A stretch of 59,307 bases of DNA from a virus (taxonomy: Duplodnaviria > Caudoviricetes). A program made the position numbers and the translations under genes. Location: positions 1 through 59,307 of IMG/VR virus record IMGVR_UViG_3300037722_000284. One strand, written 5' to 3'. The first letter of the stretch is position 1; each line of letters starts with the position of its first letter. Shown here piece after piece: positions 47,272 to 55,604 of this stretch. The notes below the pieces were generated by a model. The model worked only from the letters and a program-made list of their open reading frames with translations. It ran no database searches and was not told the DNA's origin.

Positions 47272-47576
47272 TCGCTCCCAACTTCGTGTGGCGCGTAGAA
47301 CGCGTCGTGCTGATCGCAGACCTCGCGCCAGATCGAATCGTCGCCGGTTGCCTCGGGATCGACCCATCTCCCATCCGTGTCTAGGTAGACCGTCCGTTCA
47401 CAGTGAACGCATTCGCCCGACTCGCCGGTAAGGGGAGCGCTCATTTCGACAACCTCGCCGTCCGATTCGGTCAACCCTGTGTAGATCACTAACTGCCCAT
47501 CGTTGTCCTCACCGATCTCGGCACCGGGGAACGCGTTCGCGACCTTCGCCATGAACTCACTCATCGTCCCGCTCAT
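47268..47576 (-). CDS. Acidic hypothetical protein
   Basis: GGAG RBS; CVHC. Confidence 0.6.
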   Translation of the reverse strand: MSGTMSEFMAKVANAFPGAEIGEDNDGQLVIYTGLTESDGEVVEMSAPLTGESGECVHCERTVYLDTDGRWVDPEATGDDSIWREVCDQHDAFYAPHEVGSE

Positions 47577-47577
47577 C

Positions 47578-47967
47578 TCAATACCCTCTCCAGTAGTAGC
47601 TCGTATCACCGAACTCGACCATCGTGTAATCCATAGCTAGCTCTCGTGCTGCCCATTCCCAGTCGATGCAGTAGGTAGGCCACTGCCCCTTCTCGCCGAT
47701 CGCACCGATGTCTTCGGCGAACTCGCGCGCATAGGTCACGAAGTAGTAGTCCGCGATCATGGTGGGCTCATCGTTGGCCGCGTCGCGCAATCCGTCGATC
47801 CCTTGTCCGTACGCGATCTCATCGGCCAGCGCGATCACCGCGTCGATGAACTCGGATTCGGATTCGACCTCATCTGGATCGTCGTGGTCGATCGCGTCGA
47901 ATCGCGCGGCCACGTCACGAAGGTCGACGTACTCGCTTCCCGGTTCGGATTGTGAATACGTACTCAT
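47578..47967 (-). CDS. Short ArdA-like antirestriction (DNA-mimic) protein
   Basis: Very acidic; YAREFAEDIG...YCIDWEWAARELAMDY resembles the ArdA C-terminal YID[YW]ExxARDL motif. Confidence 0.6.
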   Translation of the reverse strand: MSTYSQSEPGSEYVDLRDVAARFDAIDHDDPDEVESESEFIDAVIALADEIAYGQGIDGLRDAANDEPTMIADYYFVTYAREFAEDIGAIGEKGQWPTYCIDWEWAARELAMDYTMVEFGDTSYYWRGY

Positions 47968-48167
47968 CGTCCGCCTCCCAGGATCTTCGCGACTTCCGCC
48001 ACGTCAGTCTTCTCCCATGCGAGAACGGTTGACTCGCCACCGTCCAGCCGCCGACGCGCGAGAACCGCCCCACCATCGGGATAGACGTAGAGGATCGTCC
48101 AGCCGCCGACTTCATGGCGCGCGGGCTCACCAGGGAATCGGGTTTCGGTGCCAGGATTCACGCTCAT
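47964..48167 (-). CDS. Hypothetical protein
   Basis: ATGA-coupled on both sides. Confidence 0.6.
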   Translation of the reverse strand: MSVNPGTETRFPGEPARHEVGGWTILYVYPDGGAVLARRRLDGGESTVLAWEKTDVAEVAKILGGGR

Positions 48168-48832
48168 CGTCCCCCTCCCGTCTGCCACCCTGCCCAGTGG
48201 TACGCGAACTCGCTCACCCCGCGCTTGCCTTCGTACGCAACCGAGTAGACCGGTACCACTGTCGCCGTGTACCGCGTTTCGTTATAGACCCTTGTGCCGA
48301 TCAGTCGGAACGTATCGGACGTGTGAACTTGATCGACGCTCACCAGATCGTCGGGAGGATTGAACTGGGACCACAAGCGCGACCAGTACCGCCCTAACCA
48401 TTCGCGCCCGAAGTCGGAATGCTCATCGGTCAGTCGGAATCCGAACCGCTCACCCTGCCTCGCGGCTTCGCGATCGAACAGTCCAACCAGAGTCGTCGCT
48501 TCCGATACCGAGATCGTGGTTGCCGCACCGCCATGCTCGTATCCCATCGCGCGCTTCGTCACCCCGTTGCACCATTGGCGCACTAGACCTCGCTCGATCG
48601 TGTTCGCAGTCGTCAGTCGGTTGTGCCAGATCCGATATGCGCGTAACCCCGCGGGCGCGCCCTTGACGGTACGGACCTCGCCCATACGGTGCTCATCCGA
48701 CCACTTCGCTCCGCAGTAAACGCACCAGTAGTCGGTGCCGAATAGTGGGAACCTCTCGCCACGGTGGTCCGCGACTTGGCCTCCGCACTCGCTCTCGGGA
48801 TCGACCATCCGGTGCAGTAGTAGGTCGCTCAC
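48164..48832 (-). CDS. Hypothetical protein
   Basis: GTG start overlapping the ssb stop (GTGA); CVYC. Confidence 0.6.
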   Translation of the reverse strand: MSDLLLHRMVDPESECGGQVADHRGERFPLFGTDYWCVYCGAKWSDEHRMGEVRTVKGAPAGLRAYRIWHNRLTTANTIERGLVRQWCNGVTKRAMGYEHGGAATTISVSEATTLVGLFDREAARQGERFGFRLTDEHSDFGREWLGRYWSRLWSQFNPPDDLVSVDQVHTSDTFRLIGTRVYNETRYTATVVPVYSVAYEGKRGVSEFAYHWAGWQTGGGR

Positions 48833-49257
48833 GTAACGGACCCCTCCCGCGCGCGATCGACCCCTCCCGCGCGTTCCGACACCCCTTGCGCGCGATCGTC
48901 TTCGCGCCGATCCAGGTCCGTGAACACTTCGGGCAGTCCGGCTTCCCCGCTTGAGAATCCGATGGTTGACGCGTAGATCCTCACCTTCGTATCGGTGCCC
49001 AACCATCGGGCCGCGATCCTGCCCACGGCCGATACGCGGTATCCGGCTCTCCCCCGCGTCACGTATTCCTCGATCGCGGCAACGTTGCGGACGATCACCG
49101 GAATGGTCTCGTTCGTGGTTGGGCCATCGACCGCGATCCAGACTGTCATTGTCCGTACTCCTTCCCACTCTCGGATCTCGGGAGGTTTCGTGGTTGCCAG
49201 TCGCCCGGTCAGGATCACCATGTTCGCGTCTATCACTCGATCCTCGCTTCCTACCAC
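48829..49257 (-). CDS. ssb: Single-stranded DNA-binding protein (OB fold, divergent)
   Basis: NMVILTGRLA..PEIR...IAVD...IPVIV...GYRVSAVGRI. Confidence 0.75.
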   Translation of the reverse strand: MVGSEDRVIDANMVILTGRLATTKPPEIREWEGVRTMTVWIAVDGPTTNETIPVIVRNVAAIEEYVTRGRAGYRVSAVGRIAARWLGTDTKVRIYASTIGFSSGEAGLPEVFTDLDRREDDRAQGVSERAGGVDRAREGSVT

Positions 49258-49281
49258 GGACCCTCCGCGGCTTGTCCATCC

Positions 49282-49321
49282 AGTTTACACTGATACGCTC
49301 GGTATGTCTAATCGAGTAGAG
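49282..49321 (-). promoter_or_regulatory. Sigma70-type promoter of the ssb operon with CTCTACTCG element
   Basis: Minus strand CTCTACTCG-N2-TAGACA-N17-TAAACT; A-tracts further upstream (49356-49413). Confidence 0.65.
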
Positions 49322-49416
49322 AAACTTTCGACCTCCTCTCCCCCTCGCTCGAAACTTTTCGTGCGCCTTTTTCGTTTGGCTCAACCTTCGCCCCGGTTTT
49401 TCGCCCGGTTTTTACG

Positions 49417-50030
49417 CGACCCCTATTAGTCACCCTGCCCCGTTTCAACCCTGCCTTTCGGCGCGCCCGATGGGTAGCCAACCTCGGCGCGATCGACCCC
49501 CACGCGACCCGATCCCGACCCGATAGTCGACCCGATTGTCGACCCCTAGGCGCGTCCGATTGTCGGTCGACTGATCGATCGATTGACCGATACCCAAGCG
49601 ATAACCTTCGGGCTCATTGATTGCACTACGGGAGTAGAGATCCACTAGGGGCGAGGTCGGACCCGCGCGGGGAGTGAACGCATCTAGCCAGTCTCCCGAA
49701 TGAGCACGCGCGCGGGTATGCGTATCAATCAAGTGTGAGCTACCTAGGCGCGCGTGCTCGATCTCGCCCAAAGTCCGCGGTCGACTGAGAGCACGCGGGA
49801 GGGTATCGGGCTCACTGGCGCCAGAATTCACGCGTGCGCGATCAGTCGACCCCTATGCGCACGCGGGCGCGTTCGGGTCACTACGGGCTCAGTGAGCGCG
49901 CCTACGTTCGGTCGTGGTCGCGTGCTAGTGATACAACTCGCTTGACTTCCGATCTTGCCTAGCAACTCGCTAGGCGCGTGGATTGTGCCGACTGGGTAGA
50001 TAGGTCACCGCGTGAGGTTGTCGACCCCTA
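49417..50030. repeat. Non-coding region with short direct repeats
   Basis: CGACCCGAT at 49505, 49516, 49528; GTCGACCCCTA at 49538, 49845, 50020; CGACCCCTA at 49417. Confidence 0.75.
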
Positions 50031-50031
50031 C

Positions 50032-50073
50032 GCGGTCACCTAGTCACCCTGGGCGGTCACCTAGTCACCCTGG
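50032..50073. repeat. 21-bp perfect tandem repeat x2
   Basis: GCGGTCACCTAGTCACCCTGG x2. Confidence 0.95.
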
Positions 50074-50086
50074 CACCCTGGCGCGC

Positions 50087-50123
50087 CGAAACCCTCCCAC
50101 GCGGTACACGCGGGAGGGTTTCG
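50087..50123 (-). terminator. Hairpin terminator of the leftward 50.1-51.3 kb operon
   Basis: CGAAACCCTCCC/GGGAGGGTTTCG 12-bp stem just past the stop at 50137. Confidence 0.75.
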
Positions 50124-50136
50124 AGACTTGGCGCGC

Positions 50137-50325
50137 TTAGGGTCGGAATCCCGCGGTCAAGTCGTCAACCGGCGCACATTGGAACGTTCCAACGATCGGC
50201 GCGTGAGACTCGATCACGATTACCCGCGCTTCGTCTTCCCAGCATGTAGGCGCGTCGACCATCTGGCCCGTGATGGATCCAAGCACGACTAGCGCGCCGA
50301 TCAGTATGCCGACTAGGTAGCTCAT
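50137..50325 (-). CDS. Small secreted/membrane protein
   Basis: N-terminal TM; PTCWEDE. Confidence 0.6.
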   Translation of the reverse strand: MSYLVGILIGALVVLGSITGQMVDAPTCWEDEARVIVIESHAPIVGTFQCAPVDDLTAGFRP

Positions 50326-50328
50326 TGC

Positions 50329-50706
50329 TCAATACCTCGCATTGTCGATGTAGTCCGCGAACCAATCCGGCCAGTAGTCGCCCGGGTCGGATTCGTCCGC
50401 GTGAGAATTCGCCCATTCGACCACTACAGCGCGCACCGCTTCCGCGGTCACTGGGATCGTTGCCCCACCGCGTTCGTAATCCCAAACGTTGATTACTTCG
50501 GTTGGCGCGAACGGTACGGACTCGCCAGGTTCCGCGGGCGCAAACGTCAATTCGACATACGCGCCGCCTTGATAGTCGGCACGGATTGTCCCGACAGTTC
50601 GACCCTGGCGCCTATGCGCGACTTGTACGCGGTCACCCGCGCGGTTCCGGATCTCGCCGACGCGCACGCGGATAGTTGTTGTTAGGTATTCGGTCGCATT
50701 GCTCAT
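50329..50706 (-). CDS. Hypothetical protein
   Basis: ATGA-coupled; PTEVINVWDY. Confidence 0.7.
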   Translation of the reverse strand: MSNATEYLTTTIRVRVGEIRNRAGDRVQVAHRRQGRTVGTIRADYQGGAYVELTFAPAEPGESVPFAPTEVINVWDYERGGATIPVTAEAVRAVVVEWANSHADESDPGDYWPDWFADYIDNARY

Positions 50707-50870
50707 TCGCTCATCCCTTCGTTTGTGTCGGTCATCTCGACCGACTGCCAGTAGTCAGCGTTGCGTACCCACGGGGCGAGACTGTCGACCGCGACGATTC
50801 CCGCGCTCAACGCGTCGCCTAGGGCGGAATCGATGTCGCGCCCTAGGTAGGCGAGCCCGCGTAGGATCAT
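50703..50870 (-). CDS. Small hypothetical protein
   Basis: ATGA-coupled, GGAGG RBS. Confidence 0.55.
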   Translation of the reverse strand: MILRGLAYLGRDIDSALGDALSAGIVAVDSLAPWVRNADYWQSVEMTDTNEGMSE

Positions 50871-51046
50871 CGGGAACCCTCCGCCGCGTGTGTTTCTGCC
50901 GCGGTAATCGCTTCTGACTTTCGACCGTAGGTAGCTAACTGGTGCCAGTGAGGCCCGAAGACGCAATCGCACCAATAGTTGAGTACGAACCAACGCGACC
51001 GTTGGATAATCGAATACTCACGCGGTCCAATGTGTAGCGTGGTCAT
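50867..51046 (-). CDS. 59-aa hypothetical protein (not in ORF track)
   Basis: MTTLHIGPREYSIIQRSRWFVLNYWCDC...; ATGA overlaps at both ends. Confidence 0.6.
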   Translation of the reverse strand: MTTLHIGPREYSIIQRSRWFVLNYWCDCVFGPHWHQLATYGRKSEAITAAETHAAEGSR

Positions 51047-51210
51047 CGCGCACCTAGCTCTCGTGCCACGCGTGCGCCGACTTCGATACGTTCGATGTCG
51101 ATACCGTGACCGGGTCCGCAGTAGATCAAGTAGTTGTCACCTACGGGATCGGAGTAGCCAACGATCGCGGCTACCGACTGATCCGCGTAGTAGTGGTGAA
51201 TTGTCGTCAT
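51043..51210 (-). CDS. Small hypothetical protein
   Basis: MTTIHHYYADQ...; ATGA-coupled. Confidence 0.6.
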   Translation of the reverse strand: MTTIHHYYADQSVAAIVGYSDPVGDNYLIYCGPGHGIDIERIEVGARVARELGAR

Positions 51211-51323
51211 CGCAATCCTTCCCACGCGCCCAGGATGATGGGCACCGCGACAATCGCGAGACCGATCACGGTCGCGGCTATCCATGCTGCCAACATTCCA
51301 ACGATTGCGCTCAGTGTGCGCAT
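51207..51323 (-). CDS. 38-aa hydrophobic peptide, first gene of leftward operon (not in ORF track)
   Basis: MRTLSAIVGMLAAWIAATVIGLAIVAVPIILGAWEGLR; AAGGTAGG RBS. Confidence 0.6.
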   Translation of the reverse strand: MRTLSAIVGMLAAWIAATVIGLAIVAVPIILGAWEGLR

Positions 51324-51409
51324 ACCTACCTACCTTCGCGTCACGGTCCGATTGTGTACCGAACCTGCACCATGCACACTACACGCGCCTATCTACTCAT
51401 GTAGAGATC

Positions 51410-52185
51410 TAGGTGACTACTGTCACAATGACACGTTCTGACTAGTCACTAGGTCAATCGATCAGCAAGCGCTAGCAAAATTCCGCGGCGCCGGACCCTC
51501 ACACTGGCGCCGATCCAACTCGCGGCGCGGTACCGCGTGAGTCTGTCCGATCCCATTGGAGCCCGATCTAGCTATTCGGGTGACTAGTCACTTAGGGTGC
51601 GACTTCTCTAGTGTGACTAGTTACCTAGTAGGTAGGTCGTTGTGCGCTGGCTTGCGCCAATAGACCCCCATACCACTCCACAATTACCAACAACTAGTCG
51701 ACCGATAACCTGGCCGATAGGGTGACTATAGGGTGAGGCTAACAGTAGCTCAATCGAGATAACCATACGCTCTCACTGGGAACGTACGCGACGCGGGTCA
51801 TTGAGCCCACACTAGGCTACCAATCCAATTCACTATCTAATCAATTGGGACACAATAACCTAGCCAACTATCTACTCAGTGATACTAAAGGCTAACTGAG
51901 TAGTTGAGTGTGGTTCAAATAGTTGAGATTGGGTCAGTCAAACCCCGGCGAAGAGGTGGTGAATGTTGTGCGGTCAGCCCCACCCGACATCTCAACAAAA
52001 CTCAACCCCTACTCGTATAGGTGACTAGTTATCTACTCGTCCAGGTGACTAGTCAGGTGTGCGGGCGAGTAGTCGAATAGAGAACAACCGGGCTCGGGGG
52101 AGGAAGAGGGGACTACGCGAAAGAATGACAAAGTGACTAGTCAGTGACTAGGTGGGTGGGTGACAAACTGACTAGTCAGTTAGTA
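51410..52185. repeat. Dispersed TGACTAGTCA palindrome family in divergent non-coding region
   Basis: Copies or variants at 51439, 51580, 51613, 52021, 52045, 52133, 52144, 52166. Confidence 0.9.
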
Positions 52186-52259
52186 GAGAGGGCGCCATGA
52201 AGTTTTCCACCCACGGGACTCCGGGGCGCCGCGAAGAATTTTGATGGTCAGAGTGGGTG

Positions 52260-52298
52260 CCTACTCGAATAGATGGCGGTAGAGATCGGTGGTATCAT
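52260..52298 (+). promoter_or_regulatory. Promoter of the right-arm operon
   Basis: CCTACTCG-N2-TAGATG-N17-TATCAT with TGn extended -10. Confidence 0.6.
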
Positions 52299-52330
52299 GG
52301 GAGGGCAAGATCGCGCGAAGGAGATGAGAG

Positions 52331-52714
52331 ATGGAAGTGCCGCTCTGCCCAGCCACCGGTCCGCAAGGGTTCATCTGCACCCTGACGGACGACCACGAGG
52401 GGGATCACGAAGCATGGGGCGCTTCCAACCGGACGCCCGTCGCGACCTGGCACGAGATGGAGGACGACGTGTACGCGAATGAGATCGAAGAGATGGGAGA
52501 CGAGGCGATGGGATATCAGTCGATGGGCTCGGGTCCGGAACCCACCCCCGCAGTCGACGTGGTCGAAGAGCTACTCGCACAGCGGGACAGGCTGATCAAA
52601 GACCGGGAGGCGTACTTCGAGAAGGCCGACATTCTGATCGGGCGGATCAACGCAGACCTGAGCCGGGCGCGAAACATGATCGCGGACGCGTTCCCGATCG
52701 GGGATGACGAATGA
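52331..52714 (+). CDS. Hypothetical protein (N-terminal C..C..H..H motif, coiled coil)
   Basis: AAGGAG RBS; CPA...CTL..DHEGDH. Confidence 0.65.
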   Translation: MEVPLCPATGPQGFICTLTDDHEGDHEAWGASNRTPVATWHEMEDDVYANEIEEMGDEAMGYQSMGSGPEPTPAVDVVEELLAQRDRLIKDREAYFEKADILIGRINADLSRARNMIADAFPIGDDE

Positions 52715-53004
52715 GTGCCGTCTACAAACACTCGGTGCGGGTCAATGGTCCAGACCATACGATTCCGATGCTGGAAGGCGCGCAGATCGTGCACGTCGCG
52801 TGCCAGTCTGATCCCTACTGGGTCGAACTTTGGGCAGTGGTGGATCAGAACGCACCGACAGAGGACCGGACGTTCATCGTGGTCGGGACTGGTCATAGTT
52901 GGAGCGAGCCGTGGCAGTATGTCGGGACGGCGATCGCGGCTGAAGGCGCGCTCGTTTGGCATCTGCTGGAACTGGGCGCCGAGAGGCATCTGGTGGACCG
53001 ATGA
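52711..53004 (+). CDS. Conserved-looking phage hypothetical protein
   Basis: LWAVVD...RTFIVVGTGH...YVGT....LVWHL. Confidence 0.75.
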   Translation: MSAVYKHSVRVNGPDHTIPMLEGAQIVHVACQSDPYWVELWAVVDQNAPTEDRTFIVVGTGHSWSEPWQYVGTAIAAEGALVWHLLELGAERHLVDR

Positions 53005-53228
53005 GCGTAGACATCGGCGACCCGCCGAGAATCCGCTTGACCATCCCAACCTTCTATGGGGAGGCCGTGATTGAAGGCGACCTCGGGGCAGGTCAAATGC
53101 GCGCGATCAACGACCACGAGTTTGAATCCGGGGAAGTTGAGCTAGCAGGCCCGGTTGTCGTCAAGCTCACCCACCTGTCAGTCCACCACCCACCGCCCGG
53201 TTTAGGGGCAAGATTGGAGTTCGTATGA
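53001..53228 (+). CDS. Hypothetical protein
   Basis: ATGA-coupled. Confidence 0.55.
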   Translation: MSVDIGDPPRIRLTIPTFYGEAVIEGDLGAGQMRAINDHEFESGEVELAGPVVVKLTHLSVHHPPPGLGARLEFV

Positions 53229-53569
53229 GCTATGCCGACTCCGACTGGACCCTCGCGCGCATCCACCGCACCATGCTCGGCTTCGAGGACCACGGGATCT
53301 TGACCTGTTTTCTCGACCTGCTCTACGCCGACCCTGGCGGCAAAATCGGATCGTCAGGCCAAGGGTTCGGGGGCTATGACCTGAGAGGGGAATACGCGGC
53401 CCAGCACATCGAGGCGATCCTGAAGGCAGTCGGGGTCCGCGAGTGGGGCGACCTCGTTGGCAAGATGGTTTGGGCCGAAGGCTCGCGGGGATTGATCGAG
53501 GCCATCAGGGGAGTGGATACTGGGGTCGAATTCCGGCCCAGGAGCTTGGTCGGACAGAAGGAAGGCTGA
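53225..53569 (+). CDS. Conserved-looking phage hypothetical protein
   Basis: ARI..TMLGFEDHGILT...QGFGGY...ILKAVGV..W.DL.GK. Confidence 0.75.
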   Translation: MSYADSDWTLARIHRTMLGFEDHGILTCFLDLLYADPGGKIGSSGQGFGGYDLRGEYAAQHIEAILKAVGVREWGDLVGKMVWAEGSRGLIEAIRGVDTGVEFRPRSLVGQKEG

Positions 53570-53605
53570 CCCATGTTGAAGAAGAACCTCGGTGAAGGAG
53601 TGACG

Positions 53606-53860
53606 ATGACAACCACACCCCCAGGCGGGGAGCCCCAACCGGTTCGAGGGAACCGACAGACCGTGACGTTGGAAGAGAAGATCGCGGCCGCGCGTGAGGC
53701 CGGTGCCAGGGCAGCGAACGGGGAAGGAACGATCGTCCGTGTCCACCCGCAGATCACCAGCCTGATCTTCGGGGAACTGAGAGGCAGGGGAGACGACCCG
53801 AAGGCCACGCTCGAAGCCGTCATCGCGATCGCACAGGCGGCGATAGAAGGGATGGAATGA
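53606..53860 (+). CDS. Hypothetical protein
   Basis: GAAGGAG RBS. Confidence 0.55.
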   Translation: MTTTPPGGEPQPVRGNRQTVTLEEKIAAAREAGARAANGEGTIVRVHPQITSLIFGELRGRGDDPKATLEAVIAIAQAAIEGME

Positions 53861-54114
53861 TGGAGACGAAGAACTGGCAGGCAGAAGTGAAGAAGCAGCG
53901 CGCGAATGTCGAGGCGCTCTACGCCAAGGAGATGGGCGCGGCCATCGCGGACCTGCCCCCTCGGCGATCAACCGAACAGGTATTCACCCGAGCCCTCCTG
54001 TTCGTCTCCGCGGTCCTGTGTGTGGGCGCGGCAATCGCGGGCCTCACCTTCGCAACATGGGTCGCCTTCGGGTCGTTCGTACTCAGCGGGTTGCTCTGGG
54101 TGACGGAGGAATGA
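53857..54114 (+). CDS. Membrane protein (two TM)
   Basis: Hydrophobic C-terminal half; ATGA-coupled. Confidence 0.6.
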   Translation: MMETKNWQAEVKKQRANVEALYAKEMGAAIADLPPRRSTEQVFTRALLFVSAVLCVGAAIAGLTFATWVAFGSFVLSGLLWVTEE

Positions 54115-54653
54115 GAATGGAAGATCACACCTGGCCCATTGACGATCGCACCTGGCCGGTGATCCAGCCGGGGCTCGCCAACATCTACTTCGCGCCGTCG
54201 ATCGACACGGACGGGAAAAGGTGGACCGAGCCGAAGAGGCGCGCGACGGACAAGAACGGGATCTCCGAAGACCGCCCCGTCGAGTTCCCAGACGTTGACC
54301 TGACCGTCATGGTCGGGAGGAACGCGGCTGTCGCCACTGTTGATGTCCACATTGCCGGGGAGACGATCGTTGCGACCGCGAGCGCGAAACGAAACCAAGG
54401 CGATGAGTTCGACTACGAGATCGGGGAGGGGTTGGCCGCGGGGCGGGCGCTGAAGGCTCTCGGGGAGGAATTGGAGCGTCGGATGAACGCGCGGGTGGAG
54501 GCACGGTCAACGCTGGATCTGCACGAGAACATCGCCCAGCGGTACTACGAAGAGTTGGAGCATGGGTACTACTCGCCGTTCCCTCATGACGACGACGACA
54601 ACCGCACCGCCGAGCACGACGCCGCGACAGAAGGATGGGAGCCAGGGTGGTAG
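54111..54653 (+). CDS. DUF1876/dsRBD-fold-like protein
   Basis: ATASAKRNQGDEFDYEIGEGLAAGRALKAL. Confidence 0.6.
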   Translation: MRMEDHTWPIDDRTWPVIQPGLANIYFAPSIDTDGKRWTEPKRRATDKNGISEDRPVEFPDVDLTVMVGRNAAVATVDVHIAGETIVATASAKRNQGDEFDYEIGEGLAAGRALKALGEELERRMNARVEARSTLDLHENIAQRYYEELEHGYYSPFPHDDDDNRTAEHDAATEGWEPGW

Positions 54654-54657
54654 CACT

Positions 54658-54819
54658 ATGAAGGACGCGCGTATCGACACCGTCTGGCGCGGAACCGAGG
54701 TCATCGAAGTCCCCGACGACTGGGAATGGGACGGGACGCTCGAATCGCTGTTGGAGTTCACGGACGTTCCCGCGGACAACGTTGAGTTGGTCGACTGGAA
54801 GGTCACGGTGAAGGCTTGA
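54658..54819 (+). CDS. Small acidic hypothetical protein
   Basis: MKDARIDTVW... Confidence 0.55.
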   Translation: MKDARIDTVWRGTEVIEVPDDWEWDGTLESLLEFTDVPADNVELVDWKVTVKA

Positions 54820-55079
54820 TTCACGAAGACCATCGTCACGTCAGCTACCACGTCACCCGGATCCTGCTGGTCAGCATGATCGCCGGGATGGCTGTCACCG
54901 TCGCAGGCGTCATCTTCTCAGGCGTGATCGAACTGCTCGGGCCGCTGACCGTCGTGTTCGCCATGGCGTTGACGTACCCGATGTCGGCGCGCGCGTACCA
55001 GCGAGCGTTCGAGGACCGGGTGGCGAAGGTGCGGGACCGGTGCGTGGTCTGTGAAGAAGAAAGGGCGGGCGCCAGGTGA
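54816..55079 (+). CDS. Membrane protein
   Basis: Two hydrophobic segments; coupled. Confidence 0.55.
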   Translation: MIHEDHRHVSYHVTRILLVSMIAGMAVTVAGVIFSGVIELLGPLTVVFAMALTYPMSARAYQRAFEDRVAKVRDRCVVCEEERAGAR

Positions 55080-55273
55080 GCTACATGCGGAACCGCAAAG
55101 TTCTCCGCATCTGCCGAGACAAGAAAACGTACTCGTCGAAGTACGAGGCAGAACAGGCGGCGAGGGCGTTGGTGCGCTCAGGCAAGGCGGTCGGCGCGCG
55201 AGCGTATCGCTGCAACGGGGCGAAAGGCCAGATCAAACACTGGCATGTGACGACAAAAGCGAGGGGAAAATGA
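55076..55273 (+). CDS. Small basic Zn-finger-like protein
   Basis: CRDKKTY...AYRC...HWHVT; similar layout to 30489-30674. Confidence 0.6.
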   Translation: MSYMRNRKVLRICRDKKTYSSKYEAEQAARALVRSGKAVGARAYRCNGAKGQIKHWHVTTKARGK

Positions 55274-55404
55274 AATACGCGAACGCGGTGGTCCTGATCC
55301 TCTGGGTCGTGTATTTCGCGCTCCTGTTCACGGCCAATGTGGTCGGAATCGAAGTGAGAGGCCCGTTCGAGTTCGCGCGTGATGTGATCGGAGAGATGAG
55401 ATGA
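55270..55404 (+). CDS. Small membrane peptide
   Basis: ATGA-coupled; one TM. Confidence 0.55.
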   Translation: MKYANAVVLILWVVYFALLFTANVVGIEVRGPFEFARDVIGEMR

Positions 55405-55604
55405 ACGAACGAAAGGTGATGGAAGGGGTCGGGGATCTCGCGGCCGCCGCGAACGAGGTCAAGAACGCGATCGAGAACGCTGGTCCACACGAGCAATACC
55501 ACTGGGCGCTCATGAACCGCCACAGTGAAGAGTGGCCGACCTTGTGGGAAGCGATCGCGAAGCTGATAGTCGCGCTGAGGAAGATCGAGAAGGGGTCGAA
55601 GTGA
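55401..55604 (+). CDS. Hypothetical protein
   Basis: Coupled ORF. Confidence 0.6.
   Translation: MNERKVMEGVGDLAAAANEVKNAIENAGPHEQYHWALMNRHSEEWPTLWEAIAKLIVALRKIEKGSK

Noticed and set aside
48833-49384. N-terminal half of the 406-aa ORF 48164-49384
   Set aside because: It overlaps ssb and its promoter in another frame and is Arg-rich noise; the GTG at 48832 coupled to the ssb stop is the better start
51905-51990. tRNA-like element (GGTTCAAAT resembles a T-loop); similar GTTCAAATC near 42878
   Set aside because: No T-stem, acceptor stem or anticodon arm could be built around either site
51410-52185. Possible CRISPR or mini-CRISPR array from the repeated TGACTAGTCA
   Set aside because: Repeats are only 10-16 bp, irregularly spaced, with no constant-length spacers and no cas operon
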